Counted from the first letter of the stretch, positions 17,432 through 27,116 are shown. The stretch is 41,268 nucleotides of DNA from Holophagae bacterium (GCA_030618605.1 JAUXDC010000002.1:1-41268); one strand, 5' to 3'. Notes: generated by a model from the letters alone, not told the origin. Translations and numbers: made by a program.

Positions 17432-18300
17432 GAGCGAACCTCCTGCAGCGGGTTTTCTCCCCGAGCGATCCTGTCGTAGTGCTCGCGAATCACAGCCTCG
17501 CCGTAGGTCCGTTCCAGCCGACGGACGACAAAATGCCCTCGGGCCATCGACTGAAAATGCCGGGCAAAAGCAACGTTGACGGCAGCCCCACCGATGGCGC
17601 CGATGACCGGAACGCCCTGGGCGACGATCTTCTCGGCGACGACCGTATTGAACCTCGAAGCAATTCCGGCCACCAGACGGGCAATGACCGGCGCCCCCTT
17701 CTCGACGGTGGTCCGCCGCGAGAGATACCGGGCCGCTTCGTTGACGGCCTGCGCCAAGGCGGTTCGCACGGCAAAGTAGCCGCTTTCGGCCGCATCGTCA
17801 GCCGCCGTGCGTCCCCCGAGGGCGAAGACCTCCAAACAGGCCAGCCGGGTCTCAATACTCCGGAGATCTTCACCTTCGCTTCGGGCCACATCCGCCACCG
17901 AACGCAGGATGATCGTAGTGGTCATCGGCAGTTCGACCGCCAACGATGCCAGGCCGAAGGCGCCTCCTGCAGCCCCAGCAGCTCCGGCCGCAACTCTGTG
18001 AAACCGGTCACGGGCCTTCCCCCGTCGAGAAGTACTCAAGGTTGACAGGGCCAGACTCAGGGCGGCCCGCAGAGCACGACGAGTCGCGCCGTCGATCGTT
18101 GAGCTCGCACCTGCAGGCAACTTGTCGAGGACGATGTCGATAGGCTTGCCCAGCACATCGCTAAGCCTGGCAACCAGGCCGGGGTTCTCGAGCAATGCGA
18201 CCGCCCCTTGCAGGTCGTCCCAATCCTTCGAGCTCATCACCATCGGGGCCAGACCAGTTCCCTGACTTCCCTGCGGAACGCCTTCGCTGTCATTCATCAT
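17428..18300 (-). CDS. EcsC-family protein
   Basis: 290 aa. The C-terminal region ...KIVAQGVPVIGAIGGAAVNVAFARHFQSMARGHFVVRRL closely parallels the conserved EcsC segment KLIQGVPIISMAIGATANYQLTRKVTEFAHRFY of B. subtilis EcsC, as recalled from memory. Confidence 0.65.
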   Translation of the reverse strand: MMNDSEGVPQGSQGTGLAPMVMSSKDWDDLQGAVALLENPGLVARLSDVLGKPIDIVLDKLPAGASSTIDGATRRALRAALSLALSTLSTSRRGKARDRFHRVAAGAAGAAGGAFGLASLAVELPMTTTIILRSVADVARSEGEDLRSIETRLACLEVFALGGRTAADDAAESGYFAVRTALAQAVNEAARYLSRRTTVEKGAPVIARLVAGIASRFNTVVAEKIVAQGVPVIGAIGGAAVNVAFARHFQSMARGHFVVRRLERTYGEAVIREHYDRIARGENPLQEVRS

Positions 18301-18559
18301 CCTTCGCCTTTCGATCCTGACGAGATTTCCTGAATTTCCGTTGCAAATCTCTCATTCTTCGATCCGTAGCTGGAAACCGCAGCCGTAGCTTGTGGAGATA
18401 CCGTCGAGCCCAGTTATTTTCCCGTGACAAGACCCACAGCCCCAGGAGAATAAACAAAACCCCCTGCAGGATCGGGACGAATAAACCGATGATGCCCAAC
18501 ACCACCAGAAACCACCCGAGGACCAGGACAAAAATTCTGTTAATCGTCTCTTTCATCAC
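18290..18559 (-). CDS. Small two-helix membrane protein, YbaN/DUF454- or PGPGW-like
   Basis: 89 aa. RIFVLVLGWFLVVLGIIGLFVPILQGVLFILLGLWVLSRENNWARRYL resembles the E. coli YbaN N-terminus. It has a basic C-terminal tail and overlaps both neighbouring genes. Confidence 0.5.
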   Translation of the reverse strand: MMKETINRIFVLVLGWFLVVLGIIGLFVPILQGVLFILLGLWVLSRENNWARRYLHKLRLRFPATDRRMRDLQRKFRKSRQDRKAKDDE

Positions 18560-20646
18560 CCCACCAAAATCTCGAACTCGGTCTGATGGTACCGCGAAAG
18601 GGCCTCGGCGACGATCGGCAGTTGCCCGTTGTCGCTCAGGTCCCGAGCCACTGACCGCGCCCAGACCACGACGTCGTGATGAATAACGGGATCAGCGAAC
18701 CGAAAGTTCGACGGCCCCCACTGACGATTTCCTGCCAGTTCGCCCGGCCCGCGCATCTCCAGATCGGCCTCGGCCAGGGCAAAGCCGTCCGGCGTGTCGG
18801 CAAAGCGAGCCAGACGTTGTTTTGCCGCCTCCGAAGCTCCCTCCCCGACCATCACTACGCACCACGACTGCCTCATTCCCCGGCCCACACGTCCCCTCAG
18901 CTGGTGCAACTGGGAAAGTCCGAATCGCTCGGCACTCTCAATCACCATGACGGTGGCCTCCGGCACATCGATACCGACCTCGATCACCGTGGTTGCCAGG
19001 ATGACCTGGACCTCCCCCGAACGAAAGGCCTGTAAAACGGCGTCCCTGTCGCCTGAGTCCATGCGTCCGTGCAGAACCTCGACACGAAGATCCGGCAATG
19101 CACGACGCACTTCCTCTGCGTACTCGGTCACCGCCCTCGCATCCAGGGACTCTGAGGCCTCGATCAGAGGGTAGACGACAAAGATACGTCCTCCGTTTTC
19201 AACCTCAGAACAAAGAAATCGATAGAGTTTCTCCCGAGCCCCATCATCTCGGATCTCCGTCCGGACGGGGCGCCTCCCCGGCGGCATCTCGTCGATGACC
19301 GACAGATCCAGATCCCCGTAGAGGGTCAGGGCCAAGGAGCGAGGGATCGGCGTCGCAGTCATCACCAATAGATGGGGCGACACACCCTTGCCCATCAACG
19401 CCTGACGCTGGACCGTCCCGAACCGGTGCTGCTCGTCGATGACCACCAGACCGAGGTTCGCGAGGTCGACAGCGTCCTGAATCAAGGCATGGGTTCCAAC
19501 GACGAACGGACACGTAGCGTCCGCCAAGCCCGTCAGGATCTTCCGTCGCTGCGCGGTCCCCACCGACCCCGACAGCAACTCGGGTGTCCACGGCGTCTCC
19601 TGGAACAATCGCTCGAATCCGGCCCGATGCTGCTCGGCCAACAACTCGGTCGGCGCCATCATCAACACCTGGTGACCGTTCTCCAGGGCAATCAGCATCG
19701 CCATCGCTGCCACGACGGTCTTGCCGGACCCAACGTCACCCTGGAGCAATCGAGCCATCGCCGGTCCGGCCTCGAGGTCGGCAGCGATCTCCTTGAGCAC
19801 GCGCCGTTGAGCATTGGTCAGTTGGAAGGGCAACATCGAGACCGCCCGCCGCCTGATGGCGTCATTGACCACACATCGTGGACCCGGATCAACCCGCCTT
19901 TGCTCTCGCCGCTGGGCCAGGCCCAGCGAAAAGGCCAGGAGCTCGTCAAAAGCCAACCGAAGGTGAGCGGGGCTGCGCCGCCCGACGAGCATTTCCACTC
20001 CGCGTTCATCGATGTCCGGCGCCGGTCGGTGGAGACTCCGGAGGGCAGTCCTTAAATCCGGAAGGTCCAAACCCCGTGCTACGGCTTTGGGCAGCGGATC
20101 CTGGAGATTTTCCAGGGCCGCCAGGGCCGCACGGATCAGCCGCCGGAGGAAAGGGCCACCTATCGATCCCAGGGTTGGATAGACCGAAACCAGTGTGCCG
20201 ACCCATCGATCGCTGTCGTCCACAACTTCTACCTCGGGATTGATCATCTGCAACCCCCCCCGAGGTGCCGCCTTGGGAACACCAAACAGGACTATTGTCT
20301 CCGCCTGACTCAGCCGTTTTTCGATTCCCCTGGGATTGAACCAGATCACAGGCATTTGCCCTGTCGGATCCTCGAATACCGCCTCGAGGATGGTCAAACC
20401 TCTCCGACGAGCCCTCCGAGAAACCATACCCGTAACGCGCCCCCGGACGGCGATGGCCGATCCGTTTTCTTGGATCCCTTCGACAGAAACTATTCGGCGT
20501 CGATCCTCCCATCGCAGGGGAAGATGAAACAGCAGGTCACCAACGGTGTGAATCCCGACGGCTCCCAGTTGCCGGCTTCTTGCGTCACCGACTCCCTTAA
20601 GCCTGTCGACCGAATCTCCCGGCCTCAATCCACAATCATCAATCAT
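18556..20646 (-). CDS. recG: ATP-dependent DNA helicase RecG
   Basis: 696 aa with Walker A GDVGSGKTVVAAMA, DEQHRFG, and helicase C motifs (…LHGRM…, QLHQLRGRVGRG). An N-terminal wedge/OB region is present. Confidence 0.95.
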   Translation of the reverse strand: MIDDCGLRPGDSVDRLKGVGDARSRQLGAVGIHTVGDLLFHLPLRWEDRRRIVSVEGIQENGSAIAVRGRVTGMVSRRARRRGLTILEAVFEDPTGQMPVIWFNPRGIEKRLSQAETIVLFGVPKAAPRGGLQMINPEVEVVDDSDRWVGTLVSVYPTLGSIGGPFLRRLIRAALAALENLQDPLPKAVARGLDLPDLRTALRSLHRPAPDIDERGVEMLVGRRSPAHLRLAFDELLAFSLGLAQRREQRRVDPGPRCVVNDAIRRRAVSMLPFQLTNAQRRVLKEIAADLEAGPAMARLLQGDVGSGKTVVAAMAMLIALENGHQVLMMAPTELLAEQHRAGFERLFQETPWTPELLSGSVGTAQRRKILTGLADATCPFVVGTHALIQDAVDLANLGLVVIDEQHRFGTVQRQALMGKGVSPHLLVMTATPIPRSLALTLYGDLDLSVIDEMPPGRRPVRTEIRDDGAREKLYRFLCSEVENGGRIFVVYPLIEASESLDARAVTEYAEEVRRALPDLRVEVLHGRMDSGDRDAVLQAFRSGEVQVILATTVIEVGIDVPEATVMVIESAERFGLSQLHQLRGRVGRGMRQSWCVVMVGEGASEAAKQRLARFADTPDGFALAEADLEMRGPGELAGNRQWGPSNFRFADPVIHHDVVVWARSVARDLSDNGQLPIVAEALSRYHQTEFEILVG

Positions 20647-21455
20647 TCGGCAGCTGAGGGTTCGTCCATTTCAAAACGACATTGAGTCGTGCCGAAGACG
20701 ACGACATCGCCGACCTTGAGCGGGAAAGGACGTCCTGCGTTGAGACGCACGCCGTTGACGAAAGTCCCGTTCATCGCCGCAACATCCTCGACAACCGAGT
20801 AGGAGCCGTCCTCTTCTCGTAATACTCGAGCATGGCGCCTGGAAATCGATCTCTTGGTATCCACCTGCGTTAGGTCGACGTCCGGGTGGATCCCCGTCAC
20901 CGGGTCAATCCGGCCCACCGTCGTCTCCCGTTGATCGGCGAGCGGGAAGATGGTTCCCGTGCCAACCTCGACCAGCCGGGCAGTCGGATCGAGCGCCGCC
21001 TTGGGACCGTCGGTCAATCCGGACTCCTCCAGATCAACCGAGTGGCCCAGTGCGTCCTCGAGCAAACGTGTTGTCTGTCGCAACCGGACCACCAGTTTTC
21101 GCATCATGCGTACGGCGATCTCGGGGTTGTGGCGCAGGATAAAGGAAAAAGCGCTTTGGTCGATCATCACCGCTTCGACGTCAGTCTTGGCAACGGCCGC
21201 AGCGGTCCGGGGCGTCTCTTCCTCCAGCATGCACATCTCGCCGAAGAAATCACCCTTCCCCAGTACCGCGAGTACCCGTTCCTCGGCACCCATCATCTTT
21301 CGGATCTCTACCTCACCGCTTTCGATCACGTACATCGCCAGGCCGAGGTCTCCTTCCCCGAAAATACGACTATTCTGAGGAAACCGGGTCCTCATCGGTT
21401 CCAGCGAATCGTGCGTCATATTTTGGCCGGCCGTCGTCCTGAATTTTGCCATCAT
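20643..21455 (-). CDS. Cyclic-nucleotide-binding (cNMP) domain plus FHA domain protein
   Basis: The start is chosen at MMAKFR (ATG 21455, GGGAG upstream), giving 270 aa. The cNMP domain is ...IFGEGDLGLAMYVIESGEVEI...GKGDFFGEMCML...RTAAAVA. The C-terminal FHA is TVGRIDP...ISRRHARVLREEDGSYSVVEDVAAMNGTFVNG. The listed 379-aa ORF extends into rnpB. Confidence 0.85.
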   Translation of the reverse strand: MMAKFRTTAGQNMTHDSLEPMRTRFPQNSRIFGEGDLGLAMYVIESGEVEIRKMMGAEERVLAVLGKGDFFGEMCMLEEETPRTAAAVAKTDVEAVMIDQSAFSFILRHNPEIAVRMMRKLVVRLRQTTRLLEDALGHSVDLEESGLTDGPKAALDPTARLVEVGTGTIFPLADQRETTVGRIDPVTGIHPDVDLTQVDTKRSISRRHARVLREEDGSYSVVEDVAAMNGTFVNGVRLNAGRPFPLKVGDVVVFGTTQCRFEMDEPSAAE

Positions 21456-21522
21456 GTCACTCCCTGATTCACGACCTCGTAAGTCTTCTAATATCAATGC
21501 TTTCAAGCACCCTATCATACCA

Positions 21523-21548
21523 GGGCTCTTGATTTGGGTCAAGAGCCC
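21523..21548 (-). terminator. Perfect 10-bp hairpin GGGCTCTTGA-6 nt-TCAAGAGCCC about 150 nt downstream of rnpB
   Basis: Read directly. It lies between the rnpB 3' end and the AT-rich putative promoter region of the cNMP/FHA-recG operon. Confidence 0.45.
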
Positions 21549-21616
21549 GTCGCGCTCCAAACCGGTTCGCCCGGACTCAATGACTTGAAGATCTCGGGCA
21601 TCGGCTGACAATACAT

Positions 21617-21663
21617 GATGAAGGCGGAAGGATGAAGGATAAAGGCGGAAGGATGAAAGATGG
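21617..21663 (+). repeat. Heptamer tandem tract GATGAAG GCGGAAG GATGAAG GATAAAG GCGGAAG GATGAAA GATGG (21-nt super-period)
   Basis: Read directly. It belongs to the GAAGGAT family. Confidence 0.85.
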
Positions 21664-21697
21664 AACCGGTCCCCCTGTTCCCTGCTCCTTAGAAAAC

Positions 21698-22082
<385 letters not shown>

Positions 22083-22096
22083 AGGGGAAGCATAAC

Positions 22097-23128
22097 CTAT
22101 TCTTTCAACCCCAGCTTCTTGAGCTTCTTGAACAACCCGGCCCGACTGACACCCAGACGTCTTGCCGCCTCACTCTGATTACCACCACATGCGTCGAGAA
22201 CGCCGGAGATAAACCACCGCTCAAAGTGGTCTCGGCCCTTGGCCAACGGCATCAGCAGCACCGCCTCAAGATCCAAGAAACCTACCGTGCCGGACGAGGG
22301 CGGCGCGGAACGGCGATCCACCCCGCCGACAATACGTCCTTCCCCACACGACGCCAGCACTGCCGCCAATGAGGCGACCAGAGCTCGAATGTCTCCGACT
22401 GCCGGAGCCGAACCACCATACCGAACGACCAGGCAGTGGCCGCCATCGACCGGCGCCACCAGAAAATCTTCATTGACCTCATGGAACCGTTTGATCCGCG
22501 TCGACTGGCGACCGCCGACATTGGCATTTCTTACAAGAGCCAACAGAGCCTCGCTGTTGGTCATCAGCGGGCCGAGGTCGCCTGCGCTCGAGACGACGGA
22601 AATACGCTCGTCGTCATCGCAGAACAACAAAAGAGACGCCTTCAATCCTAATGCCCGGCCGGCCCATCCGAGAGGTTCAGCAATAGCACAGTGCAACACG
22701 GCGTTTCCGGTTATTTCGAGCAACTCCACCAACTCCTCGACCGAAATCTGTATCCGGCGCTCGATTGTGTTGCTGTTGCTGCCCGACGATGCAGATTCTT
22801 GGTCACCACTGTCCACCGAAAATTCGTCAGAACCAGGTTCGACAATAATCAGCCGAGCGGAGGAAAGACTCAAGAGGTCTCCAGCACGAAACGCGGCCTC
22901 CTCAGACCTGTTTCCGTTAATGAACGATCCGTTCTTGCTCTTGAGATCTGTGAGATGAAACGTCCCGCCGCTGACCCTGAGAATGGCGTGATGGCGCGAT
23001 ACGTCTTGCTGATCGATGACGATGTCGTTATCGTCCCTGGCACCCAAGCGATAGCTTCGCCCATCCTCGAGCTCAAACCGCTGCTCGTCACCTTCTGGAT
23101 CAAAATGAATCAGAACGAAACCGCTCAT
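22097..23128 (-). CDS. FHA-domain transcriptional regulator with central GAF-like region and C-terminal Fis-type HTH
   Basis: 343 aa, with GGAGGAG upstream. The N-terminal FHA is YRLGARDDNDIVIDQQDVSRHHAILRVSGGTFHLTDLKSKNGSFING. The C-terminus GGNQSEAARRLGVSRAGLFKKLKKLGL is HTH_8/Fis type. There is no AAA+ sigma54 module. Confidence 0.82.
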   Translation of the reverse strand: MSGFVLIHFDPEGDEQRFELEDGRSYRLGARDDNDIVIDQQDVSRHHAILRVSGGTFHLTDLKSKNGSFINGNRSEEAAFRAGDLLSLSSARLIIVEPGSDEFSVDSGDQESASSGSNSNTIERRIQISVEELVELLEITGNAVLHCAIAEPLGWAGRALGLKASLLLFCDDDERISVVSSAGDLGPLMTNSEALLALVRNANVGGRQSTRIKRFHEVNEDFLVAPVDGGHCLVVRYGGSAPAVGDIRALVASLAAVLASCGEGRIVGGVDRRSAPPSSGTVGFLDLEAVLLMPLAKGRDHFERWFISGVLDACGGNQSEAARRLGVSRAGLFKKLKKLGLKE

Positions 23129-23220
23129 CGAAACTCCTCCAGTCGTCTACACCAACCGACAATAGCGCTGAACCCAACGAGATTGCCTCTTGAAGATTCT
23201 ACGACAGTTGAGGGGAAGCT

Positions 23221-23247
23221 TCATCCTTCATCCTTCAGCCTTCCGCC
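23221..23247 (-). repeat. Heptamer tract (minus-strand reading GCGGAAG GCTGAAG GATGAAG GATGA) overlapping the last codons of the MFS gene
   Basis: Read directly. It contains the exact reverse complement (23223-23236) of the 14-mer GAAGGATGAAGGAT at 21627-21640. Confidence 0.85.
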
Positions 23248-24429
23248 CCCCCTCTCAGTCGGAATTCTGATCTGCAGGCACACGAAAAAGCCAACGACGG
23301 CTATTGCGCCCGCCAGCAGGAAGACCCACCGAAAACCGTAGGTCACCCAGATCCACCCAGAGAGGATCGGCAGGGTCATCGCCACTGCATGGTCGATCGT
23401 GATGCCCATCGAAATCGTGGGTGTGATTTCGGACGGATCGTCGACGATCTTCTTCAAATAGGTGGTTCGCGCAACCCGCAGGGCAAACAAGACACTGTCG
23501 AAGATATAGGCGCCGTACAGGGCGTAGAGATCCCACGGCGCAGCCAAAAGGTCTGAAGCGAACGCATAGGTCAGACAGACCCCGAGCAGCAACAACTCAT
23601 CGACGGACAACACAACCCTTTCGCCCAGCCAATCAATGACATCGCCCAACAGCGGTCGCACGATGACACCGATCGTGGCGGCAATGAAGTAGAGGAGGGC
23701 GATGGTGGCGACGGGAACGCCATGATTCTCCACCAGAACCCAGACCCCAAAGGCCAGAAAAATCTGCTTCCGAACGCCGAATAGCGCGGATATCGCATAA
23801 AAGATGCCGTATTTCTTCTTGAACACCAAGCGCCGAGACCGAGGCTCAGCCTGCCCCACTGTCAATCTCAGATAGAACATGCCCGCCGCCAGCGCCGAGC
23901 AGGCCGCCAAGGCGTAAAACAGATCAAAACGGTCGCCAACCACCTGCGCCAACCAGAAGACCGTACCAACCCCGACGATCGTGCCCAGATTCCGGGCGCC
24001 TCCGAACTGCCCCAGACGTTTGCCCTCCTGCCCTCCTCGGGCCAATCGCAAACCGATCGGGCCCTCAACGGCGAAGATAATGTGGTCACCCATCGACCAG
24101 ATCAGGATGAATACGACCAACGGCACGGTAGAGGGAGCGAGAAAACCCAACCCAAACGCTCCCACGGCGGTCAAGACCATCGCCATCGCCGCCATCCGTG
24201 TCTCCCTCATCACGGTCAGGAGACCCCCGACGACCAACATGATGAAGAAACCGGGCAATTCTCGCGGAAACTCCAACCAACCCCGAGCCTCGGCGCCGAG
24301 GTGATGAACTTCAGCCAGGTAGTTGTTCAACGTCGCCAGAAAGATTCCCGAGGCGGCGCCGAAAAATACCGTGGCGCCCAGAGCGCGCTTGAGATCAGGA
24401 GACGCGGAACGAAATCTACCAAATGCCAT
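23221..24429 (-). CDS. MFS-type transporter
   Basis: 402 aa with about 12 hydrophobic helices and a typical MFS layout with a basic loop between helices 2 and 3. The substrate is not inferable. Confidence 0.8.
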   Translation of the reverse strand: MAFGRFRSASPDLKRALGATVFFGAASGIFLATLNNYLAEVHHLGAEARGWLEFPRELPGFFIMLVVGGLLTVMRETRMAAMAMVLTAVGAFGLGFLAPSTVPLVVFILIWSMGDHIIFAVEGPIGLRLARGGQEGKRLGQFGGARNLGTIVGVGTVFWLAQVVGDRFDLFYALAACSALAAGMFYLRLTVGQAEPRSRRLVFKKKYGIFYAISALFGVRKQIFLAFGVWVLVENHGVPVATIALLYFIAATIGVIVRPLLGDVIDWLGERVVLSVDELLLLGVCLTYAFASDLLAAPWDLYALYGAYIFDSVLFALRVARTTYLKKIVDDPSEITPTISMGITIDHAVAMTLPILSGWIWVTYGFRWVFLLAGAIAVVGFFVCLQIRIPTERGGGRLKDEG

Positions 24430-24459
24430 GACAGGTCAGTGTAACGGAGAACGCCGTTC

Positions 24460-24515
24460 ATCCTTCACACTACACAATTCACACTTCACACTTCACCCTT
24501 CATCCTTCATCCTTT
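24460..24515 (+). repeat. Eight consecutive degenerate heptamers ATCCTTC ACACTAC ACAATTC ACACTTC ACACTTC ACCCTTC ATCCTTC ATCCTTT
   Basis: Read directly. It occupies half of the 113-nt divergent intergenic region between the MFS gene (start 24429) and the M29 aminopeptidase gene (start 24543). Confidence 0.85.
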
Positions 24516-24542
24516 ACAATACCCTCCGCCGCTTCTGCGGCT

Positions 24543-25748
24543 ATGGAGGACGACATGAAGACTGCCACAATTTCCCAAGCAGACCTCGAAACCTGGGCCG
24601 GCTTCCTGCTGGACCATTCGTTGGGCGGCATCACATCGGCTGATCGGGTCATGATCAAGGGTGAACGAATCTGCTGGCCGTTGATGGAGGTCCTTGAGCG
24701 ACGAGTGATTGAGAGCGGCGCCACGCCGGACGTGTTGTTGGTGCCGCCGAATAATGACCGCGGGCGAGTGTGGTCGTCAACGATGGGCCGTTCCGGAAAT
24801 CCTGAGCAGATCGCAGCGGTTCCCGCGTGGCTCAAGGATCGGTACGAGAACATGACCAAATACGTCGAAATCCTGGGCGCCGAGGACCCGACGCAGTACA
24901 TGGGCCTGACACCCGACCAACTCGGAAACCTCGCGGGGGCTGACCGCCGATTTGGCGACATCAGGCTCTCAAAGTCCTGGGTCATTACGTTGTTCCCCAC
25001 AGAGGGCATGGCCAAGACCGAAGGCATGGACCTCGATGACTACGCGGATTTCATCGTTCGCGCCTCGACTGCCGATCCTATGCCGCTCAAGTCTGCCGAG
25101 GAAAAGCTGGCGCCGCTATTCGACGCCGGGCGCTCGGTCACCATCGTGACCCAACACCCGATTGACAACCGCGAATTGGTGCTCGAATTGGACATCACCC
25201 CTTCCCGCGGCGTGATGTCGTTCGGCCTCAGGAATTTCCCCGACGGTGAGGTCTTCACCTCTCCGGACGCCTCCAAAACCACCGGCGAGATCTTCGTCGA
25301 CCTGCCGATCAACTCTGGTGGCAACGACATCGAGGGCATCTTCCTTCGCTTCGAGCACGGTCGAATCGTCGAATACAAGGCCGAAACAGGCCACGAGCAC
25401 CTGGCGGCCATCATCGAGACCGATGACGGGTCCCACCGCCTGGGCGAAGTGGCGCTGGGCATGAATCCAGGACTGGACAAAGTCCTAAAACATCCTTTGT
25501 TCGTCGAAAAAGTCGGCGGAACCCTCCATGTCGCCATCGGAGCGAGTTACGAGGACTGTTACGTTACCGATGCCTCGTCGGACGAAGGCCGGCAACGGTT
25601 GATCGAGTTGGAAAAAGCCGGCATTCTCAACCGCTCGGCACAACACGTGGATATCGTGACCGATTTCAGGCCGGGAGGCTGTGGGCGATCAGTCCACATT
25701 GACGACCGTCGCATGGTCATTCGTAACGGGTACTGGACACCCGAGTGA
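24543..25748 (+). CDS. Aminopeptidase, peptidase family M29 (AmpS/PepS-like)
   Basis: 401 aa with NFPDGEVFTSP, GEVALGMNPG, GGTLHVAIGASY and QHVDIV motifs typical of M29 thermophilic metalloaminopeptidases. An alternative start is ATG 24555. Confidence 0.85.
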   Translation: MEDDMKTATISQADLETWAGFLLDHSLGGITSADRVMIKGERICWPLMEVLERRVIESGATPDVLLVPPNNDRGRVWSSTMGRSGNPEQIAAVPAWLKDRYENMTKYVEILGAEDPTQYMGLTPDQLGNLAGADRRFGDIRLSKSWVITLFPTEGMAKTEGMDLDDYADFIVRASTADPMPLKSAEEKLAPLFDAGRSVTIVTQHPIDNRELVLELDITPSRGVMSFGLRNFPDGEVFTSPDASKTTGEIFVDLPINSGGNDIEGIFLRFEHGRIVEYKAETGHEHLAAIIETDDGSHRLGEVALGMNPGLDKVLKHPLFVEKVGGTLHVAIGASYEDCYVTDASSDEGRQRLIELEKAGILNRSAQHVDIVTDFRPGGCGRSVHIDDRRMVIRNGYWTPE

Positions 25749-25819
25749 CAGCACCCGTACCTTGAGTGTGCAGGGCGTTGAATCAGCGCCTCAGTTGATC
25801 GAAGGAGAACGAGAAAGAA

Positions 25820-26956
25820 ATGAGTGACGAAAACCACAACACCGGGGAACTCCGCCCAATCGAGGAAATCACCCCGCCGACCATATACAAAGAGCTCAAC
25901 CGGGGCGTCCTGGGTCAGAGCACCGCACTGCGATACGTCTCGGTGGCAATCTTCAAACACACGACGGGAAAGGTCCCCGGGAATATCCTGTTGATCGGAA
26001 ACTCCGGCACGGGCAAGACGACAATCATGAACAACATCCAGCGCCTCTACCATGACGTGCCGGAATACGACTCCTTTCGAGCGATGACCATCATCAACGC
26101 AAACCTTCTGGTCGACTCCGAACGGATGGAGTTCCAGCCCAGCCGCCTGATGGCCGCCGTCGAGCAGCGTGCTCGAGCACTGACTGGAGAAAAACCCACC
26201 CCCGAAGCCCTGAAGGCCGCCATGGAAAGGGCAACGATCTGTATCGACGAGATTGACAAGATGTCGTCTGTAGTCGCCGGCAAACCCAACGCTATCGGCG
26301 TGGTGCTGCAGCAGGGTCTGCTGACCCTGATGGAGGGCGAGATGGTCGCCCACACCACCTACGTCTGGGTCGACGGCGAAGAGGTGCAGATGGTCCTCTC
26401 GATCGATACCCGCCACATGATGTTCATCTGCGGCGGCGCTTTCGAAACCCTGTACGACCAGGTGTACCTTCGGGTCGCCAATCCCTCCAGCGGCGAGAAG
26501 ATGAAGAGCCAGGCTATTCACACCGCCGACGGACAGGTCCGAATCGAGACCAGGTTTTCTCTCACTGACTTCCTCAAGCCCGAAGACCTCTTTGAGTACG
26601 GCATGGTGCCCCAGTTCATGGCGCGGTTTGACAACGTCGTACTGCTGAGGGACCTGGACACACCGATCCTCAAGGAGATTCTTCTCAAGTCGGTTGACTC
26701 ACCATTTCGTCGATCCAAGAATTTTTTCGAAGTCCTGGGTATCAACCTGGAGATCGATGACCTCGCGGCGGCTCTGATCGCGGAATCCGCCGAAAAGAAC
26801 ATTCGTACAGGCGCCCGCGCACTGCGGACGATTTTCGGGAAGATCATCAACAGGCTGGAGTTTGACCCATGGTCTCACCAGGGTATCGAAGAACTGGCCG
26901 ACGGAGGCCACCGGCTCCTTATCACTCCCGATATGGTGCGTCGGATTACCGGCTAA
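25820..26956 (+). CDS. ClpX-clade AAA+ ATPase lacking the N-terminal zinc-binding domain, pore-1 GYVG and IGF loop
   Basis: 378 aa with Walker A GNSGTGKT, Walker B ICIDEIDK, LQQGLLTLMEG, MFICGGAF, FMARFD (Arg-finger region) and sensor-2 GARALR. These are collinear with E. coli ClpX as recalled from memory. Confidence 0.8.
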   Translation: MSDENHNTGELRPIEEITPPTIYKELNRGVLGQSTALRYVSVAIFKHTTGKVPGNILLIGNSGTGKTTIMNNIQRLYHDVPEYDSFRAMTIINANLLVDSERMEFQPSRLMAAVEQRARALTGEKPTPEALKAAMERATICIDEIDKMSSVVAGKPNAIGVVLQQGLLTLMEGEMVAHTTYVWVDGEEVQMVLSIDTRHMMFICGGAFETLYDQVYLRVANPSSGEKMKSQAIHTADGQVRIETRFSLTDFLKPEDLFEYGMVPQFMARFDNVVLLRDLDTPILKEILLKSVDSPFRRSKNFFEVLGINLEIDDLAAALIAESAEKNIRTGARALRTIFGKIINRLEFDPWSHQGIEELADGGHRLLITPDMVRRITG

Positions 26957-26957
26957 C

Positions 26958-26986
26958 TTTACTTCCCCGGGGGGGATGTGTAGAAT
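26958..26986 (+). promoter_or_regulatory. Candidate sigma70-type promoter (TTTACT-17 nt-TAGAAT) for the RRM-protein gene
   Basis: Sequence match only. It starts 2 nt after the ClpX-like stop and would give a ~125-nt leader containing two hairpins (26991-27013 and 27026-27042). Confidence 0.4.
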
Positions 26987-27116
26987 TCCGCGCAACGGTT
27001 ACGCATCGTTGCGGGACCTACGGACGGTGGGCGGATCCCACCACAAGCCCGTCACCTTTTTCAAGGAAGGCGGGAGCGAGCCGGCAGAATTCCAAAGCCG
27101 GGAAGTGAGAGTTGAG

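Noticed and set aside
24460-24515. Heptamer and other short tandem tracts considered as a CRISPR array
   Set aside because: The units are 7-8 nt and directly abutting, with no spacers. No cas genes are present.
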